A stretch of 63,526 nt of DNA, the filler included, from Stramenopiles sp. TOSAG23-3 (Eukaryota), in the NCBI GenBank assembly GCA_900128585.1. It is 5 parts of 5 records of this genome, joined end to end, with 100 filler letters (N's around TTAATTAATTAA, not from the genome) between each part and the next. Parts side by side here need not be neighbours in the genome. Positions count along the whole stretch, not along the records: positions 28,505 to 56,889 come from LT642248.1; 4 more parts are not named here. One strand, written 5' to 3'. Positions 42,090 to 53,350 of this stretch are shown here, piece by piece; position 1 is the stretch's first letter; each line of letters opens with the position of its first letter. The position numbers and the translations under genes were made by a program. The notes under the pieces are model-generated. The model was given only the letters and a program-made list of their open reading frames with translations. It ran no database searches and was not told the origin of the DNA.

Positions 42090-44468
42090 ATGATCTTCAA
42101 TTTTACGAGCCAGCCGACGGACGGCACCGACACCAATGTGCGGGAGAAGAAGAAGAAACTTAACAGGAAAGAGAGGATGAAGAAGAGCAAACAGGCGAGG
42201 AAGCAAAAGATCAAGTTGGCAATAGCTGCAAACAAGGCCTCGAAAGGGCAGAAAAAAGATGGTCGGTCGAAGAGCAAAACCCCGCGCCCCGGGCCTGAGA
42301 AGAAGAGAGAAAGCCCTCAACGAGACCGGAAACGGCCATTTGGTCAAACCGAACACCAGAGTCCCAAGGGGAGGGACGCGTCGGGGAGCAAGCACCGGGA
42401 GAAAAAAAAGTACCGCACGGACACCTTTGAGACCGCGCCAGCAATAGAATCAGATAATGACGATGAACAGTTAGAAAGTAGCGAGAGTGCGAGTGCTGCC
42501 GTCGAGCAGCCCCCCCCAGCCCCGTTTGTAGGCCCGGCCCCCAGACCGACCACGGTGTCCGCGGTTGCGAAAGAAATGAAGAAGAAAGCGGCGGCCGCGG
42601 CGGCGACCACGGAGTTCGGGTCTCGCAAATTTCCAAAAACCATGAAACGAAACGAGATTCTGAGCTCTGCCCGAGACACCCTGCAGCATACCTCAAAGGC
42701 TCAAAACCCCTTGAGGAGCCATCAGAGTGACCATATATTTTCCAAGTCGGCCTGGGGGGAGCTAGGGCTTGACCCGAGGCTCATGAGATATGTCGTCGGG
42801 GAGGACGGCAAAGGCATGGGGATGAAAGCACCGACCCTTGTGCAAAAGAAGACCATCCCGATTGTCCTGAAGACGGGTTCCGACGTTGTTGTTAAATCTG
42901 AGACTGGTTCGGGGAAAACGCTCACATATTTACTCCCAGTTGCGAATGTGCTGGCCGGGATCCAACCCCGCGTGCAGCGAAAAGATGGTGTCTTGGCGCT
43001 CATAATGATCCCGACGCGTGAGTTGGGGGTCCAGGTTTTGGACGTTGCGCAGCGACTGTTTCGTCCGATGCCGTGGATTATCCCTGGGATGGTTTGCGGT
43101 GGGGAAAAGCCAAAGGCAGAGAAGGGTCGGTTGAGGAAAGGCGTGAATGTGTTGATTGCGACTCCTGGGCGTTTGCTGTATCACTTGAACAGCACGGCGT
43201 CGATGGTCACATCGTTCATGCGATTTTTGGTGTTGGACGAGGCCGATCGAATGATGGACTTAGGCTTCGAACAGCAGATGAAAGACGTCATGAGCTGCTT
43301 GCGCTCGAAAAAGGCCAATGATGAGAAAGCGTACGGACGGCCTCCGTGGAAAACCCTCATGCTTTCAGCCACTCAAAGCACGAACGTCCAGTCTGTCTTC
43401 GGGGTGGACTTGATCGAACCCGTCTACGTTGACGCGTCAACGTCCTCGTCCCATTTCAACGACGTGTACAACACCCCGCAGCAATTGTCGCAGCATGCGG
43501 TGCTCTTGGATTCTCCCCAGAAGCTTGTGGGCCTCATTGGTTTCATTCGTCACCGCTTTACAGAAGCCATGCACAAGCCGAACAATATGAGAAAATGTCG
43601 GATACTGGTGTTCTTTACCACGTGCACCGTTGTTGATTTCCATTATGAACTTTTGAAACAGTGTGCCGCGGACAACCAGGACGGACAAAGCACCATGGTC
43701 CAATGCATGAAAGACAAAATTTTTCGCTTGCATGGAAACATTGCACAAAAGGAAAGGAGTCAGTCAATTAAAAATTTCTGCTCGTCCAACATGGGAGTTT
43801 TTTTGTGCACCGACGTTGCTGCGCGAGGCTTGGACCTCCCCAACGTCAACTGGATTGTTCAGTACGATGCTCCATCTGAGACCACCGAGTACGTTCATCG
43901 CGTCGGTCGCACGGCTCGAAAGGGTTTGGCAGGGTCTGCGCTGCTCTTTCTCCGGCCCTGCGAAGCGGCCTACATTCAGAATTTAGAGCAGCATGGGGTC
44001 AAGCTTACCCAGATTGCCAGCATCAGTGTCTTGGGCGGTCTCTGCAGCGAGAGAGATGGGGCGATGGGAGGGTCACGCCGCGGCGAATTTGCGAAAGCTA
44101 AAGCCAACGAATTCCAACTGCATTTGGAACGCTTTGTAGAAAATAGGAACGAGTTGAAAACATTGGCCGCCCAGGCGTTCCAGTCCTGGGTCAGATCGTA
44201 CGCCTGCCACGAAAGAAGCACAAAGAAGATATTCAACATCCGAATGCTGCACCTCGGGCATGTTGCCAAGAGTTTCGCTCTTCGGGATGCACCAAGCAAA
44301 TTGGGGAAAATCGGGCGGTCTTCCAACAAAGCGAAGGATAAGTCCGGCAGGGGAACGCATGATACCAAACGTGCTGGGGACCGCTTTGGCAACCAGCCCG
44401 CCAGGCACAAACCTCACTTTGCAAGCAATAAACGTCCACAACCGTCCAAAAAATCGACCAGTCGCTAG
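42090..44468 (+). CDS. DBP7: DEAD-box RNA helicase Dbp7/DDX31
   Basis: SETGSGKTL, PTREL, GGEKPKAEKGRLRKGVNVLIATPGRLLYHL, DEADR, SAT, RLHGN, ARGLDLP, HRVGRTAR; C-terminal AFQSWVRSYACH..LHLGHVAKSFALRDAP. Confidence 0.93.
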   Translation: MIFNFTSQPTDGTDTNVREKKKKLNRKERMKKSKQARKQKIKLAIAANKASKGQKKDGRSKSKTPRPGPEKKRESPQRDRKRPFGQTEHQSPKGRDASGSKHREKKKYRTDTFETAPAIESDNDDEQLESSESASAAVEQPPPAPFVGPAPRPTTVSAVAKEMKKKAAAAAATTEFGSRKFPKTMKRNEILSSARDTLQHTSKAQNPLRSHQSDHIFSKSAWGELGLDPRLMRYVVGEDGKGMGMKAPTLVQKKTIPIVLKTGSDVVVKSETGSGKTLTYLLPVANVLAGIQPRVQRKDGVLALIMIPTRELGVQVLDVAQRLFRPMPWIIPGMVCGGEKPKAEKGRLRKGVNVLIATPGRLLYHLNSTASMVTSFMRFLVLDEADRMMDLGFEQQMKDVMSCLRSKKANDEKAYGRPPWKTLMLSATQSTNVQSVFGVDLIEPVYVDASTSSSHFNDVYNTPQQLSQHAVLLDSPQKLVGLIGFIRHRFTEAMHKPNNMRKCRILVFFTTCTVVDFHYELLKQCAADNQDGQSTMVQCMKDKIFRLHGNIAQKERSQSIKNFCSSNMGVFLCTDVAARGLDLPNVNWIVQYDAPSETTEYVHRVGRTARKGLAGSALLFLRPCEAAYIQNLEQHGVKLTQIASISVLGGLCSERDGAMGGSRRGEFAKAKANEFQLHLERFVENRNELKTLAAQAFQSWVRSYACHERSTKKIFNIRMLHLGHVAKSFALRDAPSKLGKIGRSSNKAKDKSGRGTHDTKRAGDRFGNQPARHKPHFASNKRPQPSKKSTSR

Positions 44469-45107
44469 AAAGAAGAAGAGGGGTGGATTAATTTTTATTT
44501 TGGTCATACCTACCACACCTTTTAACACCAATGTCAGACACAAAAATATCAGGGACATTATTTAAAAATATAGCCGTCAAGCATTTTCAAAATTATTTAT
44601 CATCGTGAAGAAGGAAGTGGTGAAAGAGAGGAGCTCCTCCTGATTAAACTCAGCTCGCTCCCCTCCTTTTCCTCTATGCTGTGTTTATGTATTTAAAATA
44701 TATTGATACACGCACAAGAATGAGAATGCTGTCATCGTCTTCGTCTTCTTCTTCTCCACCCGCCGCCCACAAAAATCGAAATAGTATTAGTAGTGGTATT
44801 TATATATTAGTGTCGTCTCTTCTAGTGATGCTGCTGTGGTTCGTAGTTTGTTTGTTGTTGTTTTGTTGTATTTTTTATTATATTTTTGTTCTTCGAAGAG
44901 AAGAAGCAAAACAAACATTAGAAAGTGATCGTCGTATTGAATCTCTTTCACAGATTTAACTAATGTACTTGACTGTTGACTGTAAAATATTACAACAAAA
45001 TATTCTACCACCACTTCACACCATTCTTTGTTTGTCGTTTGAACCAAAAGATAAATCGATTTAAAATTTTGATTCTTCGATTTGACTTGGTAAAATAGGG
45101 GAAAGAT

Positions 45108-48100
45108 ATGGGGAAAGGGAAAAAACGCGGTGTGGCAAACCGCGCCGTAAAAGGTGTAAAGACTTCCTCGTCGGCACATGCAAGTGCTGTCTTGGCTGAC
45201 TCGGGCTTGTCTGCTGGTGGTGGTTTTATTGGGTTTTCTTCGTTTGCTACGACTAGTGCGCATGGACCAGCAACAGGTGGTTCTACAAATGGTGATAGTG
45301 GTGGTGTTGCACCGTTTTATACAGGCGACGACTCTGGAATAGGCGTGTTGTTTAAGGGGGTTGCGAAAAAGGACGCAACAACGAAGCTGAAGTCGCTGCA
45401 AGAGCTGCTTCAGAAATTGTCACACGTTGAACGGAAGCAGGTTGCACAGGCGCTGCCACATTACGGGTATTTATTCGTCAAGCTGCTCAAGTCAAATGAC
45501 AGGCGTATACGGCTGATTGCAAACACGCTGCTCCACATTTTTGCTTTGAAAGGGTTCCCAAAACTGTTTACCCGGATAAGGGACGACGTTATTTTAACTT
45601 TGTGGTCTGCATGCTTTGATCCGTACAGGGCTGCATCGGAGAAAGCAAGGGCTACCTTCCTTTTAGTGTTTCCAGGAATGGAAGATAGAAAGTGTGACCG
45701 AGCAGGTGGGCAGAAAGGGGTAGACGGAACCCTTGCCTCGAACCTTTATGCTTCCTGCGACCCAAAGGCATTGAGAATTTTGCAAGCAGGGCTGAAGCGT
45801 ACGATACTATCGTCGCCCCGTGACCTGAGCGATAAAAACGATGACGACGAGACTGTTAAAAATAGGTATGAAAGAACCCTCATAATGGCTTTGCATGGGC
45901 TTGGGACACTCCTTCGCCATAAACCCGAGGCAGGAGAGCTGTCGGAGTACCAGCAGTTTTTTGGAAAAAAACAATTTTGGAACCTGATCTCGAGCAAGAA
46001 CTCACGTATCAGGAACTCAATGTTTGCTTTTTTCACGGATTTGATGGGGATAGAAGACCCTTCGTCGTTGGCGGGTGTCCTTCCGAAGATGGCAAACGCC
46101 ATTCTATCCTACGGTTTAAAGGAGCAAGTCAGAGACAATGTCGGGAGAATGTGGGACGCTGCTCTCACGTTTATGCGAATGTTTCCAAATTTTCATGAGC
46201 AAATTGACGTACGAAAATCTGTGTACCCGCGGATATGGTCCATGATAGATTCAGGATTTTTTGGGGCAGAAGACTTGTCGTGCCCAAAACTGCTCCCTTT
46301 GATAAGTTTGCTTCCCGCGTCTTACGAGGGGTACAACATCAAAAATGACAAACGAGTGGAATTGATCCAAAAGCTGATGCAGCATCTAAATAGGGAGCCT
46401 TTAGCTACTGTCGGGGACGGACTCAGGTTTGAACTCATTGTCCAAGCAATTCTCGAGTGCAGCAGCTTCATGCTGATGTGGGTGAACAAAGGCCAGAAAC
46501 AAGGGGGTGTAAATGATGATACCAGTCCTGCACTTCTCCAGCTGCAAGTGTTCGTCCTGCATGACGCTGTCCTTAGAAACCTTGTCCCTAAAATAGTAAA
46601 TCACCTGAACTCTGAAATAGATGCGTTTCGAAGCCTGAAACGAAGAGCAATACCAGCACTGGCGACCCTCCTAGTACAGGGGATTAAATTGAAACTTCAC
46701 AATTCAATATCATCCATACTTTCTGAATTGTTGAAGTTAAGTTTTCGTGTTCTGTCTACCCCGTCCAACAACGCTATTGAACATATTGATAGATTTTTCA
46801 AGGAATTTTTCGAATGTGCAGCTGCATTTCCTTCCCTTTTACTTTACGATCCTATTGTTGATAGCGCGAAGCAACTTTTTTCATGGGGCCTGGAGAATTT
46901 TGCAGATGCACAGAGTGGATCCCAAGTGTACTTGCACAGAACCCTGCACAAGATCATAGAGATAGTTGACGGATCGGCTTACTATGATGGGGACGAGGAT
47001 GTAGTGAATAACAAATTTCTGGCGGTCTTCGCTTCCTTGAACATGACGCAGAAATTAAATCCCCAGTTAGTCTCGTCTTTTTGTTCATCGTTCCACTTGT
47101 GGGTCGTTAAAAACTCGAGGCATGGCCGAGGCGAACAAAAGGAACTCTTGACGCTGGCCCTGAGAAACCTGTGCGGGTTTGAGTCTGGGTCATCAACACT
47201 CGATGACAACCAAATTCTGAAAACAACGCTAGGAATGAAGCACCTGCATGCTTGTCTTCCGAACCTTGACAGTGCCATGCTTGCGGTGGCTTCCCGACTG
47301 TCCCCTTCTACTGTGCTGCGTGCAGCCAAAGTTGAATTTTTTGCCTATGTATGCAATAACCACTTGGCCGCCGCTGCTGCTACATTTGCAGAATTGAGCG
47401 ACAAGTGCCACCGTGCGTTATCAAGCGCGTGGGAGAACGTCATGATGCAACGTTCGGTAGATGCTACCGAAACTGTTCTGATCCACCTAGAATTTGCTGA
47501 GAGCCTGCTGAAGTGTCTCCAACAACAGGTTGATGTCACGAAACCAAACGTGGGAAACATTACCGATTTCGTTGAGAAAACTAAGGCACGGGACGTGCTG
47601 GCACTTGTGTTTGTCTTTTCTTCTGTAGAAGATGAGATCCCGGTTATTGTTTCTCATTACGGTCAGTACATATGGGAAAATTACGGTGATGGCCTCAATG
47701 CATTCCTCACTGCTGATGAATTAGGATACCAAGATGCTGCCGATAGTGGCTCTATCGTTTTCAATAGTAGTTTAATTTCAAGTCTTCAAAAGTTTTGGAG
47801 GCATGAGTGCACCAATGAAAGCGGCTATTTCTTGTGGATGGACGTTGCGAATGCGTGTATCGACTTGTGGAATAGACAACAGGGGGAAACTGCTCAGTTT
47901 TTGAAGGCTCTTGGTGTTCTAGATGCAAAATCGTGGGATGCTAACGGTGGTTATTGCAGTAATACCATATGCGCCTGCGCAGCAGAAGTATTTAACCATT
48001 TTGGTGTGGACTTATTTTTTGAACTCTTTGGGACCTCAAGGGACGATTTGTTCGTGGTTTTGGGGCACCTAGCAGCCAACGTGGTTTCTTTGGCGCACCA

Positions 48101-50768
48101 ATCGGGCGCTGTGTACCGCTCGGGTGTTGCAGAGTGCTTTAACAATATCATTATGCCCTTGGTAACTACTTTGTCCCTTCAAGCTACGGATACAAACACA
48201 GCCCTACCGTCAAATGTTGGAACTCAGTTTTTGCACTCAATGTTTCGTTTCGGCTTCAGCAATGCGGGGGAGGTTTCAAGCTTCGCTTTAGATGCACTGG
48301 ACCACATGTTCGTTCAAATCAGCGATAATGTGCGCGCGTTTCGAGTGTGGCAGGATAAAAATAAAGGCGACGAGGGCTCAAAAAAGGCAGGTCCAGAAAG
48401 TGACGAGGAGGAAGAAGAAGTTGACGAAGTGCCTGTAGAAACTCAAACGAAAAAGTATAGCCGCGGGGATACAGTGAGATACATGAGTCACGATGGGAAA
48501 AAAGGTGAGATTGCTGTCATCGTTGGCGTTCACACTGGAGAAGCAGGTGGGCTTCCCTTTTACACTGTTCGCTTGAGCACTGGCCGGGAGAAGCAAACCG
48601 AGTTATCACGATTGCGCCCCATAACATCGTATATACTACCCACGTTTGGGTCTGAAAAGGAAAAAAACAGTGGTGGCAAAAGTGAATCTTCCAAAAAGCA
48701 GCGTGCCAAGTCTCGAAAAAAACGCGCTCGGAGGTTGAAGAAAAAGCGTAGTAGCAATGCCGGAAGAGATCGCAACATCGTTGATGTTTGTCAATGGGAT
48801 AAGCCAGGGCACGTTCTCGGCTTTCTTACCGTTGCACTGGATGAAATCAGAAAGTGTTTTACCATGAGCCATGTCCAAGATTGGCCCCGTGCGTGCAACG
48901 GCACAGTCCTATCGCTCATTCCCTCGTTGTCCCACTCGCTGCTACCCCTGCTTTCGGATGAAGATCGAGATGAGTTTGGGGCGTATCTTACCGAGTGGAT
49001 AGAAGAGCTGTTGGCGGACGTGCCACCACCGGATCATGCCGATTCTGCCGATTCCAAAATTGTGCATTTTCTTGTTCATATAAGTATCATATCTGGTTTG
49101 TTTGCCAGCGAAGATTTGGCAGATCAGCTTGAGCTAATTGGAACTGTCTCTTCTAAAGTAATGCCTGCTATTTCACAAATATGTTCGTCCATAAGAGCTG
49201 ACATGTTGGGTAATGAAGGACTTGAAAGTGTGGCGCTGCTTAGTAAGTACAATTTCATGTGCCTGTTTTATGCCTACGTTGCTCCTTTAGTTCAAGCCCG
49301 TAGCCAGGCGGTGATTGACCTCGAAGAATTCTTCCAGGACACGACGCTGTCCGCATTGAGCTATGCTATAAATCAAAAGCGTGACTTTCAATTCTGCACG
49401 AACGCATCGAAGTTTTTGCAGTTGATAGCAAAAAGGTGCAGTCTGACGGCTCCCCAACAAAAACAAGTATATCAGCACTATATTTGTTTATGTGTACATA
49501 GAAGCAAACAGACGAGGATCGAGGCGTTTTCCAACCGACATATCAGCAGAACTATTACAACTCTGACTAGGGTCTTGTCGATGGACATTGGCAGCTTCAT
49601 CCAGGACCAAATGTATGTAGACCCATCCTCGGAATCAATGAAATGGGGCGTCTACGACACCGTTGACCTTGCGGCACAGAAACTGTTGTGGGTCATGGTC
49701 GAATCTCAATTTCCAGTCGCACAGGTTTTTGCGTATAAAATGTTGACAATACTCGGTAATCTTTTGTCCAGCTTAACATTTGGGGATTTGCTTTATGCTG
49801 AGTTTTGCAGACACAAAGAAAATCCCAGAGCATCAAAGAGCATTGCCCTTCTGTTGCTTTGGCAGTTATGGATGGCCCGCATAAAGCACGACAGAGCCGG
49901 TTCTTCTGGCAAGACCCTGTTAGAGTTAGATAACAGAAACGAAATTTTCTTGAAGTATATTCTTGAAAAGTCGTCTGTTGCCCTGTCTCTCTTCCCAACG
50001 AATCGCAATTCAGTAGGTCAGAAACAAATTTACAGTGTCACAGGAGGGACCGTTGCGTTTCTAAATAATGGCCAAGATCACAATGTCAGTTCCTGGTCCG
50101 ACTTGTTTGAATCGTCCGTTTCAAACATTTGTGGAAAATCCAAACATAATTTGGCGTGGCTGTACACTGTCTTTAGTACTGTGCTCAACCTGCCAGCAAT
50201 GACAAGGTCGTGGTGGCTGGACTTGGACAGATCTGAAAATTCAAAGTTTGCCGATTTTATGGGTTCTCATATTACTCCCGCCATAATTAAGAGCGAAATG
50301 TCAGCATTTGGGACAGAGAAAGCTTGTGATGAAGAAGGGCTAAAGGTTGAAGGAAGTACGGTGTCCCGTGAAGTTCTTGCCACGTATGAAAAAGAAGAGT
50401 GCAAGCTTGAAATGGTTCTCTCACTTCCCGCGACATACCCATTACGAGCTGTAGAAGTAAATTGCAGAAAATTAACTGGAATTCGACACGAGAAATGGAG
50501 GCGCTGGGCCATACAAATCGTTTCTTTGCTCTCGTCAAGAGATGGGTCTTTGAATGAGGGTATCATGTTATGGAAACGGAACGTTGATGAGGCCATGGAT
50601 GGTGTTGAACCCTGTCCAATATGCTATGCGGTTGTGCAGGTAACAGACCGTTCTCTGCCGAAAGTATCCTGCAAAGTTTGTCACACAAAATTTCACTCCG
50701 TGTGTATATACAAATGGTTTAGCAACGCATCAAAAAGCACTTGCCCAATGTGCCGAAGCAGTTTCTGA
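45108..50768 (+). CDS. LTN1: E3 ubiquitin ligase listerin (RQC), 1886 aa, intronless
   Basis: N-terminal SSS..A..L..GFIGF and KKDATTKLKSLQEL; C-terminal RWD (LPATYPLRAVEV) and RING-CH CPICY..CKVCHTKFHSVCIYKWF..CPMCR. Confidence 0.96.
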   Translation: MGKGKKRGVANRAVKGVKTSSSAHASAVLADSGLSAGGGFIGFSSFATTSAHGPATGGSTNGDSGGVAPFYTGDDSGIGVLFKGVAKKDATTKLKSLQELLQKLSHVERKQVAQALPHYGYLFVKLLKSNDRRIRLIANTLLHIFALKGFPKLFTRIRDDVILTLWSACFDPYRAASEKARATFLLVFPGMEDRKCDRAGGQKGVDGTLASNLYASCDPKALRILQAGLKRTILSSPRDLSDKNDDDETVKNRYERTLIMALHGLGTLLRHKPEAGELSEYQQFFGKKQFWNLISSKNSRIRNSMFAFFTDLMGIEDPSSLAGVLPKMANAILSYGLKEQVRDNVGRMWDAALTFMRMFPNFHEQIDVRKSVYPRIWSMIDSGFFGAEDLSCPKLLPLISLLPASYEGYNIKNDKRVELIQKLMQHLNREPLATVGDGLRFELIVQAILECSSFMLMWVNKGQKQGGVNDDTSPALLQLQVFVLHDAVLRNLVPKIVNHLNSEIDAFRSLKRRAIPALATLLVQGIKLKLHNSISSILSELLKLSFRVLSTPSNNAIEHIDRFFKEFFECAAAFPSLLLYDPIVDSAKQLFSWGLENFADAQSGSQVYLHRTLHKIIEIVDGSAYYDGDEDVVNNKFLAVFASLNMTQKLNPQLVSSFCSSFHLWVVKNSRHGRGEQKELLTLALRNLCGFESGSSTLDDNQILKTTLGMKHLHACLPNLDSAMLAVASRLSPSTVLRAAKVEFFAYVCNNHLAAAAATFAELSDKCHRALSSAWENVMMQRSVDATETVLIHLEFAESLLKCLQQQVDVTKPNVGNITDFVEKTKARDVLALVFVFSSVEDEIPVIVSHYGQYIWENYGDGLNAFLTADELGYQDAADSGSIVFNSSLISSLQKFWRHECTNESGYFLWMDVANACIDLWNRQQGETAQFLKALGVLDAKSWDANGGYCSNTICACAAEVFNHFGVDLFFELFGTSRDDLFVVLGHLAANVVSLAHQSGAVYRSGVAECFNNIIMPLVTTLSLQATDTNTALPSNVGTQFLHSMFRFGFSNAGEVSSFALDALDHMFVQISDNVRAFRVWQDKNKGDEGSKKAGPESDEEEEEVDEVPVETQTKKYSRGDTVRYMSHDGKKGEIAVIVGVHTGEAGGLPFYTVRLSTGREKQTELSRLRPITSYILPTFGSEKEKNSGGKSESSKKQRAKSRKKRARRLKKKRSSNAGRDRNIVDVCQWDKPGHVLGFLTVALDEIRKCFTMSHVQDWPRACNGTVLSLIPSLSHSLLPLLSDEDRDEFGAYLTEWIEELLADVPPPDHADSADSKIVHFLVHISIISGLFASEDLADQLELIGTVSSKVMPAISQICSSIRADMLGNEGLESVALLSKYNFMCLFYAYVAPLVQARSQAVIDLEEFFQDTTLSALSYAINQKRDFQFCTNASKFLQLIAKRCSLTAPQQKQVYQHYICLCVHRSKQTRIEAFSNRHISRTITTLTRVLSMDIGSFIQDQMYVDPSSESMKWGVYDTVDLAAQKLLWVMVESQFPVAQVFAYKMLTILGNLLSSLTFGDLLYAEFCRHKENPRASKSIALLLLWQLWMARIKHDRAGSSGKTLLELDNRNEIFLKYILEKSSVALSLFPTNRNSVGQKQIYSVTGGTVAFLNNGQDHNVSSWSDLFESSVSNICGKSKHNLAWLYTVFSTVLNLPAMTRSWWLDLDRSENSKFADFMGSHITPAIIKSEMSAFGTEKACDEEGLKVEGSTVSREVLATYEKEECKLEMVLSLPATYPLRAVEVNCRKLTGIRHEKWRRWAIQIVSLLSSRDGSLNEGIMLWKRNVDEAMDGVEPCPICYAVVQVTDRSLPKVSCKVCHTKFHSVCIYKWFSNASKSTCPMCRSSF

Positions 50769-50973
50769 GCGACCGCGTTCGCGTACACAAGTATCGCACG
50801 GTTTTAACTTTAATACTTACTTTTCGTACGCGCGTGTGTACACGAAGATAAGATATATAAGTATGCATATTGCCGCTGCCAGGACTAAATGTCGCATTTT
50901 AAAACAATTTTGGAAACCTGCTCAATGGTAGAAGGAAGATTACAACAAATAAAGACAATTACATTTATCAGAG

Positions 50974-51201
50974 TTCATTTTCGCGGTACATGAGACAGCT
51001 AAATTTTAATTACTTAAAATAAAAACAAGAAAATTGGCTGTTATTAACAGCCAATTTTTGTTTTTAATACAAGTACTCGTAAGAATTTCTTATAAAACCA
51101 TTTTACTAATTCTTATACAGCATAAAAACAAGAAAATTGGCTGTTATTTAGACTAAGTAATTAAATTTAGCTTCCTCATACCCTAATCCTAACTTGATTC
51201 T
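50974..51201. repeat. Nested cluster of dispersed repeat modules C and A in both orientations
   Basis: TTCATTTTCGCGGTACATGAGACAGCTAAATTTTAATTACTTAA; fold-back at 51021-51065; long A copy at 51124-51201 ending CATACCCTAATCCTAACTTGATTCT. Confidence 0.9.
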
Positions 51202-51220
51202 GTAATTTTATCTTTTGTTT

Positions 51221-53318
51221 TCATACCAACCTTTGGGACCGTTTATTTGTGATGGTAAAAGGTAACTGGGAGAACACAGTATCAAACAAGATGCTAACCT
51301 TGAAAATGCCGTCCGGTTTGTTGCGAACGTAACTTTTTCCATCCCTTTCATCATTGGCAATAATAATTAAAGATCGTCCGCCGTCAGCTGCTTTTCGAGG
51401 AAGCCGACCCAAGGCGTTTCCTCCCCCAAGTTCTATTAAACTGTGAATTGACTTCTTGGGCGGATTTTTTACATTGGGGCTGACAAAAAAATTGTAGCCG
51501 GCAAACAGCGGGCCTGTCCGACGATTAAACTTTTGTATAGTCGCTTTCCACTTCACGCCGTGCTTTTTCTCTTCATTGGAAGGCCAGGAGGGGAGAAAGC
51601 TGTTCTCGTCCATGAGTTGGCCGGCTCGGATGGACTCCTGGACCCATGATTCGGTGACGAAGCATGGTCTATTCTCCCCATAAACTGCCAGGGCTTGACC
51701 CAGCTTGATCGTGCGTCCCCCAGTGTGCTCGTCTTGCATAACGATGTGTGTGACATCTGGCGAATACTGCGGAGCAATTTTTATGTTCAGCTTTTCGAGA
51801 CTGCTTGAAACCTTCTTTGACGGCGTCTTTAATCCGGTGAAGCATATGGTGGTGTATTTGATGTTGCGAGACTCCCTACTGCTAGTCCCTTTTGATGATC
51901 GAGCTTTTTTCGCTGGCCTCTTTCTTCGCTCCACTTCAGCCTCGTGGTTTTTGTCCTGATTCTCTGCGTCATCTCCAGACGTCTGGCGCGACTTGCGTTT
52001 TCTTGAAGCTTCTTCTTCGGTCCCAGCATCAGAATCAAGTGCCTGGATACGACTCGAACGTCGAGACGGGCTGGGGGAACCGCTTGCTTGTGCACCTTCA
52101 TTGCGGGATTGTCTCGGCGATTGCTTGTTCGCGCTTTTCTTTTTCGTGGGCGTTTTTGATGATTTTCCCTTTACGTTCGTTCTGGAAGCAATTTCGACTA
52201 TCTTCGCCTCCAAGTCTGCGATTGTTTTCGTGGCGCTGTCCAGCTCCCCTTTACATGTGCTCAATTTTGTTTGACACGTGCTAAGCTCCCTTCTGCAAGC
52301 CACGGCGGTCTCTTTATGATCATGCAGTGCATTTTCCATTTTGTCCATCTTCAAGTAATACTCACTCTCGTAGGCTTTCTGTTTTTCGATGTACTCCTGG
52401 CCAACTATCTCTTTTTCGGTGCGCTCTTTATGCAGAGCCTCTGCTTGAACCTTTAAATCGCGGGTTGTCGCGTCGAGCCGCTCTGTCAATTCTTCGATCT
52501 CTTTGCTTTTTGATTTTTCCAGGCTGTCCTTTGCCTGCTGAAGGCTTTCCAGCTTCTCTTTGAATTCAGCGCTGCTTGCTTCCAAGCTGTGCAACTTGGT
52601 CTCCTGGTCCAAGGCAGCTGCCTCGGCGTTCTCGTTCCTGGACGCCACTGCAGCCTGCAAGTTTTCGTGCTCATTCACTAAACTGTGATATTTTTCCGTG
52701 AAAGACGATAACTCCGCTGCGGAGGTTGTGGAGGCCTTTTTCAGCCGCTCCAGTTCATTCTTTTGGGACATTTCTGCCTCTTTCATTTCGCGTATCTCTT
52801 GCATGCTGCCACTCAGCTTTTCGTTGAGCGCGGCCATCTTGTGCTGCAGCTCTTCACATTTCGCCGCCCGTGCCTTCGAAACGGCAAGCTGCTGCTTCAA
52901 CTTATAAATTTCCTCTTGCGAATCTGTGACCGCGGCTACGGCCCCGCTTAACGCTGCGACAGACCGTTCGTGCCGTTGCTCGAGGGTGCGGTTATTCTCT
53001 TCCAGGCACTGGATCCTGTCCCGCAACGCAGAAATTTCGTTGCGATCGTCTACAGGGTTCACTTTTGCCGCGGGAACGGGTCGCGGCCCGTTCATCGGAG
53101 TGTCCGGCACAGGTGCCACCGAGGAAGTCACTGGAACCTTTTCAACACCGGCGTCGACAACTTGAGTCCCTTCGTAGCCCTCTCCGTTGTCACTTTCCAC
53201 AGATACCACCAAAGGTTTCGAAGTTTCAGGAGGGTGTGGGCCCGTTGGGTTTTGGCCACCGACTTCACTGCCAGGGTCTTCGGGGTCCTCGATCACTTGA
53301 GTCGCAGCCATCATATCT

Positions 53319-53350
<32 letters not shown>

